This document shows, piece after piece, positions 8,980 through 18,819 of a DNA stretch of 64,000 bases (within the stretch, counting starts at the first letter, position 1; each line of letters opens with the position of its first letter). This DNA is from an uncultured Prochlorococcus sp. (lineage in GTDB: Bacteria > Cyanobacteriota > Cyanobacteriia > PCC-6307 > Cyanobiaceae). A program made the translations under genes and the position numbers. Location: assembly GCA_902587615.1 (NCBI GenBank), contig CACILY010000002.1, positions 1,759 to 65,758 of the forward strand. The letters run 5' to 3'. The notes beneath the pieces are model-generated. The model ran no database searches and was not told the DNA's origin. It was given only the letters and a program-made list of their open reading frames with translations.

Positions 8980-10896
8980 TTAACTATAGATATCATTAAG
9001 TTCCAACCATCTCTCTTCCTTTTTATCAATGCTTTGTATGGTGTTTGCAAGCTCTTGACTCGATTCGCTCAAGTCTCCAGAACCTTCATTAATCTTTTTT
9101 TCCAAAATAGTCTTTTTTTCTTCTAATCTCACTAAAGATTGTTCTATTTCTTTTATTTCTATTATATCTTTATAGCGAAGCTTTCTACTATTAGCCTTAT
9201 TTTCTAAAGCTGATTTATTATTTATAGTATTTACATCAGATTGTATATAGTTCTTTTTCTTGATAACCTCCTGTTTGTTTTTTATTAAAGTATGTTCTAG
9301 AAACTCACTATAATTACCTTCAAATCTATTGAGATGAGAATCATTAAAATTAAAAATACGATCTACAGTTCGATCAAGAAAATAACGATCATGTGAAACA
9401 ACAATAACACAACCATTAAAATCATCGATGAAGTCTTCCAGAACACTAAGTGTTTCAATATCTAAATCATTTGTTGGTTCATCTAAAAGTAATATATTAG
9501 GTCTTTTAATTAGTATTCGGCATAAACTGAGCCTCCTTTTTTCACCTCCAGAAAGCTTTGACAAAGGACTATGTTGTTGAGCTGGTGAGAAAAGAAAACG
9601 TTCTAAGAGTTGTGATGCAGTAATTTCTTTCTTGCCAAGATTGATTCTTAATGCAGCTTCTTCTACAAATTCAATTACCTTTCTATCTAATCCTTTGCCA
9701 ACCAAAAGACTTTCAGTATTTTGATCTAGGTAACCAATGTTTACAGTTTCCCCTAATCTGATATTTCCTGAACTCGGTTTTTTCCTTCCTGCAAGGATAT
9801 CTAGAAGACTAGATTTTCCACTTCCGTTTGGTCCAATAATACCTACTCTGTCCTCTGGGCTGAAACTATAAGTAAAATCTTTTAGAATAACTTGATTATC
9901 ATAATTTCTAGAAACCTTTATTCCTAAACTTTCTGCTTCAATTGCTATTTTACCAATTCGATCATTTAACGAGGACATTTCTAATGACTTTTCAATGGTT
10001 TTAATTGATCTTGATTGCATTTCTTTAATTCTTTGAATGCGCGCTTTTTGTTTAGTACTTCTTGCTTTAGGACCTCTTTTTAACCAGGCTAATTCTTTGC
10101 GTAAAACCCCTTTAATCTTTTTTTGCATAAGCTTCTCGGTATATTCTTGCTCAACTTTTTGCTTTAGGTATGTGGAGTAATTTCCTTTGTATAACCTTAT
10201 TTCACCTTGATCTATTTCTATCATTTTATTCGTAACTCTATCAAGTACATAACGATCATGAGTTACAAGTATGATTGCACCTCTATATCTATCAAGCCAA
10301 CTTTGGAGCCATTCAACTGCAGAGGCATCAAGGTGATTTGTTGGTTCATCAAGAAGTAAAACATCAGGATTTGATACTAATGCTGAAGCTAGATCTACTC
10401 TCTTACGGTAACCACCTGATAAATCTTTTAATTTCTTATCTAGATCCTTAATCCCAAGCTTCCCTAGAATCTCTTTGCATTGTTGTTCTAAATTCCAAGT
10501 ATTAGTTTGATCCATCTCCTCACTTACGTCACCAAGCTTTTTCAATAGATTCTGATCATTTGGAGAATTTGCCACTAATTTGCTTATCTCATTAAAGCGA
10601 AATAAGAGATTTCTTTTTTGTCCGCAACCCTTAAATACTTCTTCTAGTATTGATAAGTTGTTATTTGCTTCTGATTCTTGTCCTACAAATTTTATGCTCA
10701 GGGATGTTGAACAATGCCTCTCTCCTTCAAGAAGTGGTTCAAAGCCTGCAATAACCTTGAGAAGTGTTGATTTCCCAGATCCATTTTTTCCTATCAGGCC
10801 AAGTCTTTCTCTCTCATTTATATGTAAATCAAGATTCTTAAAGAGACTCTTTATACCAAAGTCTTTAGATGCCTTTATAAGACTAAGTAAGGTCAT
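8980..10896 (-). CDS. ABC-F family ATP-binding protein (Uup-like)
   Basis: Two ABC domains (GKNGSGKST, GPNGSGKSS, LSGG, LLDEPTN), ELAWLKRGPKARSTKQKARI linker, C-terminal coiled coil, no TM. Confidence 0.93.
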   Translation of the reverse strand: MTLLSLIKASKDFGIKSLFKNLDLHINERERLGLIGKNGSGKSTLLKVIAGFEPLLEGERHCSTSLSIKFVGQESEANNNLSILEEVFKGCGQKRNLLFRFNEISKLVANSPNDQNLLKKLGDVSEEMDQTNTWNLEQQCKEILGKLGIKDLDKKLKDLSGGYRKRVDLASALVSNPDVLLLDEPTNHLDASAVEWLQSWLDRYRGAIILVTHDRYVLDRVTNKMIEIDQGEIRLYKGNYSTYLKQKVEQEYTEKLMQKKIKGVLRKELAWLKRGPKARSTKQKARIQRIKEMQSRSIKTIEKSLEMSSLNDRIGKIAIEAESLGIKVSRNYDNQVILKDFTYSFSPEDRVGIIGPNGSGKSSLLDILAGRKKPSSGNIRLGETVNIGYLDQNTESLLVGKGLDRKVIEFVEEAALRINLGKKEITASQLLERFLFSPAQQHSPLSKLSGGEKRRLSLCRILIKRPNILLLDEPTNDLDIETLSVLEDFIDDFNGCVIVVSHDRYFLDRTVDRIFNFNDSHLNRFEGNYSEFLEHTLIKNKQEVIKKKNYIQSDVNTINNKSALENKANSRKLRYKDIIEIKEIEQSLVRLEEKKTILEKKINEGSGDLSESSQELANTIQSIDKKEERWLELNDIYS

Positions 10897-10954
10897 ATTT
10901 CTTTCCTTTTATACATTTGCATTGCTTTGATCTTTAATACTCCTCTATAGTCCA

Positions 10955-11004
10955 TTGATTAATTGCAATTGAAATAAATATTTATTTCAATTGCAACTAA
11001 TCAA
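10955..11004. repeat. 50-bp near-perfect palindrome (34-bp perfect core)
   Basis: TTGATTAA-TTGCAATTGAAATAAATATTTATTTCAATTGCAA-CTAATCAA. Confidence 0.9.
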
Positions 11005-11095
11005 GAATGTAGGATACAAAGTTTTAATTATAGTTCTTCAAAATTTATATAGCAATAACAGCATTATAACAATTCAATTGTAATTCTTCTGGAAG

Positions 11096-11581
11096 TTGTT
11101 AATGTTGACTAACTGCATTTATTCAGTGGCTATCAGGAGCTATTTAGTTGAAAGTCTTAAGAGGGCTATAGAGATCTCAAAAATCAATGCTGTAAGAATC
11201 AAATTGGTTACAAAGTATCACTATTTTTTTGAATTAGATTCAAAAAAATCTAATGAAATAAGTTCTAATCCTCTAACAAAGTTTCATAAAGATTCATATA
11301 AGGAGCATGTCTTAGAACTTGCAAGTGATCTTTCGACAGAAGAACAGGTAATATCCTCGGAAATACTTGCTGAACCAGGTTATGAACATTTTAATGAATC
11401 AAATGTTGACGATGAAAATATTGCGAAGATAGAAGATTTAGAAGAGCAAGCTTTTGAAAATCGTGATTATAAACTTATTCCAGAAGGGTCTAGAGTTAGT
11501 AAACTTTTACTGTTAAGTGGTAAGGTTGTTGAGACAACTTATCTAACACGAAAAGGTGAAAAAATTATAATATTTAATTAA
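11096..11581 (+). CDS. hypothetical protein
   Basis: 161-aa ORF with an acidic middle; start uncertain. Confidence 0.55.
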   Translation: MLMLTNCIYSVAIRSYLVESLKRAIEISKINAVRIKLVTKYHYFFELDSKKSNEISSNPLTKFHKDSYKEHVLELASDLSTEEQVISSEILAEPGYEHFNESNVDDENIAKIEDLEEQAFENRDYKLIPEGSRVSKLLLLSGKVVETTYLTRKGEKIIIFN

Positions 11582-11823
11582 TAAATAGATATACTTAGAT
11601 TCAAAAAAGTTAAGTATTTAAATGAAACTACTGAAACCATTTTTATAACCCCAAAGTAAAGTCATCATAATCACGCTTAAAGGAAGCAATATTGAAAGAG
11701 TTATGTTAATTGTCCTAAATATCTTTCCAACACCATTACTGGTGTCATTTGACGGATCGATAGTAAAAGGCATATTGAGAAAAAACAGTTTTAATTTATT
11801 TATAGCTTAAAATAATTATGCAT

Positions 11824-11895
11824 GCGGGTGTAGTTCAGTGGTAGAACGTCAGCTTCCCAAGCTGAATGTCGCCAGTTCGAGTCTGGTCATCCGCT
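11824..11895 (+). tRNA. tRNA-Gly (CCC)
   Basis: Acceptor GCGGGTG/CATCCGC, D arm TAGTTCAGTGGTAGAAC, anticodon arm TCAGC-TTCCCAA-GCTGA, T loop GTTCGAGT; no encoded CCA. Confidence 0.97.
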
Positions 11896-11925
11896 TAGTA
11901 CTTTTTAAAAGTTAGTATATGCATT

Positions 11926-12921
11926 TTATTTCCAGAAGCACCCTTTATCCATCCCTTGGGAATCTTGTGGCTTCTCAAAATCGGATGGATATACCCAGTA
12001 ATCATTAAAAATTTGTTTAAATAGTTGGTTGTTATCCCATCGTTTTCCTCTTATTCCAAACATTAATTGTGTCGCTCCACCTAGGTGAATACTTTTTTTG
12101 CCAAATTTTTTTAATTTTGCCGCCAAAGGAAATCCATATGAACCACACCCTATAATCGCTATATCAAAATCTATTTCTACTGCTTTTCTATATAATGAAT
12201 CCAGCTCATTAAACCAGTCTTCCTTTCCTAATTTTCCACCAGGTGTTGTAAATAATGTTTTTAAACATTTGAGCTCGAAATCAGGAAGTATATTTACATC
12301 TGAAAAAATATTTTCTCTATTATGATTATATTGAGACTCTATTGTTTTCGTAAAGGGATGTATAACTAAGACTTTCTTATCTTCAAGAGCTTTTGACCAT
12401 GGATCTTTATGAAAATAAGGCTCTAAATCTTTAAGATTACAAACACTGGCATTATTCATATAATCTATAAATCTACTCTCCCCATCTATCCATGAACCTA
12501 TAACATCCGCCTCTTGCATTGAAGCAATTACTTCCGTTTTAAATCTTTCCAGATTACTTTTATTAACTGGATAAAATCCTGATTCTGGATATATTTGATT
12601 TAATATGCAGTTACGTGAGAATGGATATTTAGAACTTCTAGCCCATTCATATACTCTTTCTGCTCTATTCATTTTAATGAAATTATCAAACTTAATAATT
12701 GTAGTAAGTTCTGTATTCCCAAGTCGGGCAATCATGCAAGGTTGGTCGATTGCTAGTAAATTTTTTATTTTTGCATTTATACATTCACTTGAAACTCTTT
12801 TCTTACTAGCTTTAAGTAGTGTTGTATCTTTAGAATAGTCGAAAAGATCTTCTCTAATAAATGGTTTCAATATAGATCTAATTACTTTCCTAGGAATTTT
12901 GGAAATCAAGTTCATGCTCAA
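11926..12921 (-). CDS. surface-glycan-associated hypothetical protein (possible GT-D-like fold)
   Basis: 331 aa; IARLGNTE and FDIAIIGCGSYGFPLA...IHLGGATQLMFGIRGKRW motifs resemble proteins of polysaccharide loci; function inferred. Confidence 0.65.
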   Translation of the reverse strand: MSMNLISKIPRKVIRSILKPFIREDLFDYSKDTTLLKASKKRVSSECINAKIKNLLAIDQPCMIARLGNTELTTIIKFDNFIKMNRAERVYEWARSSKYPFSRNCILNQIYPESGFYPVNKSNLERFKTEVIASMQEADVIGSWIDGESRFIDYMNNASVCNLKDLEPYFHKDPWSKALEDKKVLVIHPFTKTIESQYNHNRENIFSDVNILPDFELKCLKTLFTTPGGKLGKEDWFNELDSLYRKAVEIDFDIAIIGCGSYGFPLAAKLKKFGKKSIHLGGATQLMFGIRGKRWDNNQLFKQIFNDYWVYPSDFEKPQDSQGMDKGCFWK

Positions 12922-13067
12922 TATAAATTTAATACTTCATAGAGATTAGCATGATAAATTATAAATATTGATTATCTTTATAGTGTTTTCTTCTTGTTCG
13001 ATATTTTTATCAATCCACTCATTTGAATAAAGCATTACTGACTCTCTGATTATATCAAATTGATTAA

Positions 13068-13760
13068 CTAGGAATAGTACTTACAAATAATTCTTTCTAA
13101 ATAATGATTGAAATCAATATTCAAATCATTTAATGATGCTTCTATATCGCAGATATCTATTGAATAAGAACCTCCTTTCATCTTATAAACTTTATTTATC
13201 TCCTTTTTAAGAACTCTTTCAAAAGTATCAATTATTTCTACCATAGAATATGAGCTTCTATTTGCAACATTTATGCATTTCTTTTTAGGTAAATTATCTT
13301 TGATTAAATTGATAACAATGTCTCTAGCATCTATAACATCTAAAATATTTCTTTCTGCAAATCTCCATATCTCGAATTGTTCTCCACTATATGCTGCTGA
13401 CCTTATTTTGGAAAGTATTGTATTGGGTGGTGCATTATTCCCTGCAATCTGTGGAAGCCTGAAAACAATTCCATCTTCAACGGATAATATTATTTCCTCC
13501 ATTCTCTTCTTATGTAATACATATGGTGTATCTTTTCGATCAGGATCGTACACACTACATGTTCCAAAATATATACATGTTGTATTATTCTGAGCTGTAT
13601 TCAATGCAGTTCTAATTAATAACTCTTCCTTTTTGAATTCATCATTATCAGTACATGTGGAATCAGATACTCCAGAGGCAAATATAATGCAATTTTCAGG
13701 AGGGTTCAATAGAGCTTTAAAAGCTTTACCTATCATTCCATTCCCAATAACTTTGTACAT
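13068..13760 (-). CDS. NAD-dependent epimerase/dehydratase family protein
   Basis: VIGNGMIG Rossmann start, IFASGVS, TCSVY, YxxxK (YVLHK), FRLPQIAG. Confidence 0.85.
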   Translation of the reverse strand: MYKVIGNGMIGKAFKALLNPPENCIIFASGVSDSTCTDNDEFKKEELLIRTALNTAQNNTTCIYFGTCSVYDPDRKDTPYVLHKKRMEEIILSVEDGIVFRLPQIAGNNAPPNTILSKIRSAAYSGEQFEIWRFAERNILDVIDARDIVINLIKDNLPKKKCINVANRSSYSMVEIIDTFERVLKKEINKVYKMKGGSYSIDICDIEASLNDLNIDFNHYLERIICKYYS

Positions 13761-13857
13761 TAATATTTAGAACTCTAATTGATTAAGTAGTTATCTCTCC
13801 TAAGGAGATTGTTAAAAGGTACCATAGCTTTTGTCATCATTTACGCCATAATATAAA

Positions 13858-14724
13858 TCATAGCAATGCTATGCTTACACCTAATAAAGCAATTAAGGCA
13901 AAAAAGATACTGAATTTATCTATTTTGTCACCTTCCGCTCTTGCAAAAGCTAGAGAAATTACAGGAGAAGTACTTAACAATGTCCATGCAACCCCAATAG
14001 GTAGTACTTTGAACACCACTTGTTGTAGTAATATCCCAATATTTGTACCAATAAAGGATGCCAAAAGCAGAACTAATATATTCCGTTTATTCGTTATTTG
14101 AACAATATTCTTGCATTTAATCTTTACCAATGGCAGTAAAAATATTATAGCTCCGATTAATCTTATCTCTGTACTTTCAAAAGGATTTATTTCACTTGAT
14201 GTTAACACTTCTCTAGATAACAATGCACCTACTACTGCGCAGATAACAGAGAAAAATCCACAAAGTAATCCTGTTTTCATCTTCTTTGGTACCTTATTTA
14301 TAATTTTTTCCTCTTTAGACCTATTCGCAATCAGAATTAGAGATGTCACTACTAAAATAGCTCCTACCCATACTTTTTCAGGTATAGTTTCTTTTGCAAT
14401 AAATGTACTACCACAATTCGCCAGTATTGGTGAAAGTGCTTCTATTGTAAGAGTTCTTCTAGTTCCAATTAATTTTAAGGCTTTTATATAAAGCGTATCA
14501 CCTATACCTATTCCTATAATTCCACTAATAATTAACAATACCGACTCCTTACTATTAAAGATCCAACTATATCCAAATAATGTTGGTAAGAAAATTATTG
14601 AAGCACTTATATTCTTTAATAGATTTAGTTGGATTGAGGACATATATTTGCCCTCTTTCCTCCACAAGTAACACGCTATTGTCCAAGATAATGCTGCTCC
14701 TATTCCACTAAAAACTCCTAGCAT
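13858..14724 (-). CDS. DMT/EamA family transporter
   Basis: About 10 TM helices in two repeats; GIIGIGIGDTLY, ALSPI, TSPVI. Confidence 0.88.
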   Translation of the reverse strand: MLGVFSGIGAALSWTIACYLWRKEGKYMSSIQLNLLKNISASIIFLPTLFGYSWIFNSKESVLLIISGIIGIGIGDTLYIKALKLIGTRRTLTIEALSPILANCGSTFIAKETIPEKVWVGAILVVTSLILIANRSKEEKIINKVPKKMKTGLLCGFFSVICAVVGALLSREVLTSSEINPFESTEIRLIGAIIFLLPLVKIKCKNIVQITNKRNILVLLLASFIGTNIGILLQQVVFKVLPIGVAWTLLSTSPVISLAFARAEGDKIDKFSIFFALIALLGVSIALL

Positions 14725-14926
14725 TTCTTACGTACCTCTTTTATTTATTCTTTTATTTTCAAATTCTATTACTATTAATCAATAATTATCATATATTTAT
14801 ATTAGATACATATTCTATCAATTTGATCCTGCCGTTAGTTTTAATAATGGTAACTATAGTCTTTATATAAACCTCTTTTTGTTAAGTGTATTATAATTAT
14901 TATAGCAATATCAATTAAATACCTCA

Positions 14927-15211
14927 TTGGAGCTATTAGTCAAGATCCCCTCCGATATATTCGGATATGGAGCAGCAATCTTAACCACAATTGCTTTTTT
15001 GCCTCAGTTATTTAAGACTTTTAAATCAAAATCTGCAGAAGACGTCTCTTTAATTATGTTAATTCTATTTATAACAGGCCTAGCTTTATGGATAATTTAT
15101 GGATTTGAAACCCATTCCATACCAATTCTGATAGCTAACTCTTTGACACTTATATTTAATTTGTCTATTCTCATACTCAAGATCGTATACACTAGTAATT
15201 CTACTAAGTAA
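14927..15211 (+). CDS. SemiSWEET / PQ-loop transporter
   Basis: GYGAAILTTIAFLPQLFKT..KSAEDVS..LWIIYG..PILIAN. Confidence 0.9.
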   Translation: MELLVKIPSDIFGYGAAILTTIAFLPQLFKTFKSKSAEDVSLIMLILFITGLALWIIYGFETHSIPILIANSLTLIFNLSILILKIVYTSNSTK

Positions 15212-15292
15212 TATTAATACAATTATTATGACACCTTATAAAAACCATTAGTCTGTTATTTATTCATATGTCTATTATTTGATTTTAGATTA

Positions 15293-16171
15293 ATGAACCA
15301 ACAATCAATTGGCTTTATTGGTCTTGGAGCTATTGGCTTACCGATCGCAGCAAACTTAGTCTCCGCTGGATTTCACCTAAAGGTACATACCAGAAGCAGA
15401 ATTGCAGAAAGAGATGAGAGATTACAGGGTGTTACTCCTTTTTCAAGTCCCAGAGATGTAGCAGACGGTTCAGAGCTTCTCTTTATATGTGTTAGTGATG
15501 ATGACGCAGTCAAATCGATCTTATTTGGTGCAAATAGTGTTGAAGAAAGTATTCAGGAAGGTAGCCTTATAGTTGATCTATCAACTATAAGTCCATCTAC
15601 AGCTCGTTCAATAGGCAAGAGATTTCAATCTAAAGGTATTACCTATATTGATGCCCCAGTCTCTGGAGGCACAGAAGGTGCTCAATCCGGCAATTTGACA
15701 ATATTTCTTGGATGTGATGAGAATAATTTAGAACGCTTAAGACCATTCTTAAATCCAATTTCAACTAATATTTTTACCTTCGGTGAGTTAGGCAGAGGAC
15801 AGGAGGTTAAAGCTTTAAATCAAATCTTAATTGCTGGCAATTATGTAGCCTTGTCTGAAGCAATTTCTTTGGGTCAAAAGTTAGGACTGCCTATGGATTT
15901 GGTAATTAATTCTTTACAGAAAGGAGCAGCTAGTTCATGGGCTCTTTCAAATAGATCGGAAAATATGCTTTTAGATGAATATCCATTGGGATTCAAGCTT
16001 GGGTTGCATCATAAGGACTTATCAATTGCTTTAAATGTGGCAAAAGAAATAGGATTAAATCTCCCTATATCATCGCAAATAAAAAACATAGAAGAAAAAC
16101 TCATAGATATTGGTTATTATGATTACGATCTTTCAGTTTTAAAAAAATCAATAGAGTTGAATATTAAATAG
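15293..16171 (+). CDS. beta-hydroxyacid dehydrogenase (3-hydroxyisobutyrate DH / 2-hydroxy-3-oxopropionate reductase family)
   Basis: IGFIGLGAIG, DAPVSGG, KALNQ, FKLGLHHKDL. Confidence 0.92.
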   Translation: MNQQSIGFIGLGAIGLPIAANLVSAGFHLKVHTRSRIAERDERLQGVTPFSSPRDVADGSELLFICVSDDDAVKSILFGANSVEESIQEGSLIVDLSTISPSTARSIGKRFQSKGITYIDAPVSGGTEGAQSGNLTIFLGCDENNLERLRPFLNPISTNIFTFGELGRGQEVKALNQILIAGNYVALSEAISLGQKLGLPMDLVINSLQKGAASSWALSNRSENMLLDEYPLGFKLGLHHKDLSIALNVAKEIGLNLPISSQIKNIEEKLIDIGYYDYDLSVLKKSIELNIK

Positions 16172-16470
16172 CCACAAAAAATAGTACTTTTATTTATTCT
16201 TACTGCTTGAACCAGCCACACTTAATTAATCATAATTGCTAATAGTAATTAATACTTACAGTCCTCAAGATTGAATCCTTTGACATATCTATAGACCCAG
16301 CATATTTATCTTTTTATCACCTTCTCTCACTCTTTTGGGTGAAACTAACTATTTACCTATTTAAAAAAATATCATAAGCTCTCTCTGAGAGCACCTTTAG
16401 TTGTATTCTTTGTCAAAGCCTAATAGGCGTCTTTTCGTCTACAGGTAATTTGATTAAGATAGGAGCGTTT

Positions 16471-16635
16471 ATGTCTAAAAAAGAACCTCTCCAGAGAAAA
16501 ACAACACTTAAATGGACCCCCACTGGAGAACTCTCACCTATTGATATGGCGAGAATCCTTGATCAATTATCTGATAAGAAATTAACAGAATGTAATTTTA
16601 CTTGTGAAGTCAACGAAGAAGATAAAGAAGATTAA
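16471..16635 (+). CDS. small hypothetical protein
   Basis: MSKKEPLQRKTTLKWTPTGELSPIDM...; ATG 16471 preceded by AGGAG. Confidence 0.7.
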   Translation: MSKKEPLQRKTTLKWTPTGELSPIDMARILDQLSDKKLTECNFTCEVNEEDKED

Positions 16636-16716
16636 TATTAATTAGAAGAATTTTATTTTATTTTATTTTTAAAAATCAAATTCTATCATAATCGTCATAA
16701 ATTCTATTTTTCGATT

Positions 16717-16738
16717 ACATATTATAATTATAATATGT
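16717..16738. repeat. 22-bp perfect AT palindrome
   Basis: ACATATTATAATTATAATATGT. Confidence 0.7.
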
Positions 16739-16808
16739 TAATTACATTCATTTATCGAATATACTTATTCTCGAAAAATATTAAGATATAAAAAATCGCT
16801 ATAGAACT

Positions 16809-17474
16809 TTGAAAAATTTTTTAATTACAGGATCTAATCGAGGTATCGGCTTGGAATATTGTAGGCAATTACATAGAAGAGGAGATTCTGTTATCGCAAC
16901 CTGCAGGTCTTCATCCCCCGAACTTGATGAACTTGGCGTTAGAGTAGAAACAGGAGTTGATGTTACTTCAGGTTCCTCAGTTCTTAACTTAAAAAACAGA
17001 TTGGCAGGAGCCACGATCGATGTATTGATACATAATGCAGGCATTTGTGAAAACAACTCTTTTTCAAACTTAGATCCAGAGAGTATATTACGACAGTTTG
17101 AAGTAAATACCTTGAGCCCCCTCTGTTTTACTAAGGCCCTCTCTACTAATTTGGTAAAAGGCTCTAAAGTAGGACTTATGACTAGTCGAATGGGATCTAT
17201 TGATGATAATACAAGTGGTGGTTCCTATGGATATAGGATGTCTAAAGTAGCTCTCTGCATGGCTGGAAAATCTCTATCTATTGACTTAGCTTCTAAAGGT
17301 ATTTCTGTTGCACTTTTACATCCAGGCTTAGTAAGCACTCGAATGACTGGATTTACTCCTAATGGTATAAGTCCAGAAGATTCTGTTTCAGGACTTTTGA
17401 AAATAATAGATAAACTTAATCTAGAGAATTCAGGCAGTTTTTGGCATTCAAATGGAGAAATACTTCCTTGGTAA
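16809..17474 (+). CDS. short-chain dehydrogenase/reductase (CsgA-like)
   Basis: TGSNRGIG, HNAG, SRMGSI, YRMSK, LHPGLVST. Confidence 0.92.
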   Translation: MKNFLITGSNRGIGLEYCRQLHRRGDSVIATCRSSSPELDELGVRVETGVDVTSGSSVLNLKNRLAGATIDVLIHNAGICENNSFSNLDPESILRQFEVNTLSPLCFTKALSTNLVKGSKVGLMTSRMGSIDDNTSGGSYGYRMSKVALCMAGKSLSIDLASKGISVALLHPGLVSTRMTGFTPNGISPEDSVSGLLKIIDKLNLENSGSFWHSNGEILPW

Positions 17475-17562
17475 ACTATATATATCCTTATAAATAAATT
17501 ATATTACTGCGTTAAACCATGCAATAATAATAACATTTTATAAGAATTTAATTAATTCTTAT

Positions 17563-17796
17563 CTAGAAGATTCCAGGAATGATTTGACCAGTTGTTATAT
17601 ATGCTCCTATTAAAGCAATAAAACCCACCATCGCCCATCTCCCATTGGCTTTCTCAGCTTCTTCTGGATGATTAGAATAATTTTGTTCTACTTGCATAGC
17701 TACTTCTGTTGCGAACATGTTTTGCTTACCATATTCTGTTATCACAGAGGAGTCTTGCTTATTTGCTGATTGAATGGTGGTTGAGGTGAGTGTCAT
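17563..17796 (-). CDS. hli: high-light inducible protein (77 aa)
   Basis: EYGKQNMFA...AEKANGRWAMVGF...TTGQIIPGIF; start corrected to ATG 17796. Confidence 0.93.
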   Translation of the reverse strand: MTLTSTTIQSANKQDSSVITEYGKQNMFATEVAMQVEQNYSNHPEEAEKANGRWAMVGFIALIGAYITTGQIIPGIF

Positions 17797-17813
17797 AGTT
17801 GATTCTAATTTAG

Positions 17814-17921
17814 TTAAAATATTCCAGGGATGATTTGACCTGTTGTGACATATGCGCCACAGGCTGCAATGAAGCCGATCATTGCTGCCCAACCGTTTAG
17901 CTTTTCTGCTTCTGGTGACAT
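17814..17921 (-). CDS. hli: high-light inducible protein (35 aa), absent from ORF track
   Basis: Hand translation MSPEAEKLNGWAAMIGFIAACGAYVTTGQIIPGIF. Confidence 0.93.
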   Translation of the reverse strand: MSPEAEKLNGWAAMIGFIAACGAYVTTGQIIPGIF

Positions 17922-17932
17922 GAAAGTTCCTA

Positions 17933-17972
17933 GATGTTAAGCATTGTAACGCACTGGGTGAAGTATTGTAAA
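17933..17972 (-). promoter_or_regulatory. HLR1-like (RpaB) repeats upstream of hli pair
   Basis: Minus strand reads TTTACAAT...GTTACAAT-GC-TTAACATC, resembling (G/T)TTACA(T/A)(T/A)-N2 direct repeats. Confidence 0.55.
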
Positions 17973-18099
17973 GAAGGCTATTAGTTCTTTAAGCCTTCGC
18001 CGCGAAGAGAAAAGAAGTTCTAGTGATAATTTTTACAAATATAACATTAAAATATCACTTTTTTGGTTATTATTTTTATGCTGAATAACCAAAAGACCA

Positions 18100-18282
18100 A
18101 TGCTTTTTACCTCTTTCGCTCTTGCCTCATCCGAGTGGGGTGTTGCACGTTTTACGACAGATGTTATTGCGCTTACAGCATTAGGTATCTTAGTTGCTCT
18201 ACCTGTTTTGTTGTTAAGAAATAGGGTTCAGCCTAAGAGTTTATGGTCTGAAGGTAATGCAATATCCAATCGTGTAGATTAG
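18100..18282 (+). CDS. small single-TM hypothetical protein
   Basis: 60-aa ORF, divergent from hli pair. Confidence 0.65.
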   Translation: MLFTSFALASSEWGVARFTTDVIALTALGILVALPVLLLRNRVQPKSLWSEGNAISNRVD

Positions 18283-18380
18283 TTTATTAGTTAATCTATA
18301 TATATATTTTAGATTACCTATAATAATTAGTACTTCTAAAGTACTTTTAACTATAAAAAGTAAAGTATCAAATTCATATT

Positions 18381-18800
18381 ATGTTTGATTCAAGTATAAC
18401 AACTCTCAATGATTTAGTTAAATTACGTTCAGCACCATATTTAAATGATTATCAAACTAACCAGTTGTTTTCAGAGCTTCTAGACTGCATAAATGATGCT
18501 GATTGGTTCACTGTTGGAATCATGGCTTCCTCGTCTCATCAAGCTATAACTACATTGAGAACAATTGAAAATTGCTTTCATTGGTCACCAATGACTCTAG
18601 TTACTCAGTCAGTAGACAAAGGCCCAGTTTTTCTTAAAGCCAATCAAAATACAGGAGATATGCATATTAGACTTGAATATGGCTTAGGAGAAGGAGTCTT
18701 GATTGGGTGTCAATATTTTAACGATAAGATAGATACACTAACATTGGGACCACTACCTTTTTCTATGTTTAACAATAGAAATAAAGACTTTAAAAATTAA
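18381..18800 (+). CDS. DUF1824 family protein
   Basis: ADWFTVGIMA, GPVFLKANQNTG, GVLIGCQ, LGPLP motifs. Confidence 0.8.
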   Translation: MFDSSITTLNDLVKLRSAPYLNDYQTNQLFSELLDCINDADWFTVGIMASSSHQAITTLRTIENCFHWSPMTLVTQSVDKGPVFLKANQNTGDMHIRLEYGLGEGVLIGCQYFNDKIDTLTLGPLPFSMFNNRNKDFKN

Positions 18801-18819
18801 GAATAGTCAAAACGTTTTA

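Noticed and set aside
10580-14491. Plus-strand ORFs 10580-10930, 12098-12325, 12605-12838, 13273-13593, 13871-14101, 14111-14491
   Set aside because: Antisense shadows of well-supported minus-strand genes
17563-17892. 109-aa ORF in the track
   Set aside because: The N-terminal 32 aa are an off-frame reading of the upstream 35-aa hli gene; the real gene starts at 17796
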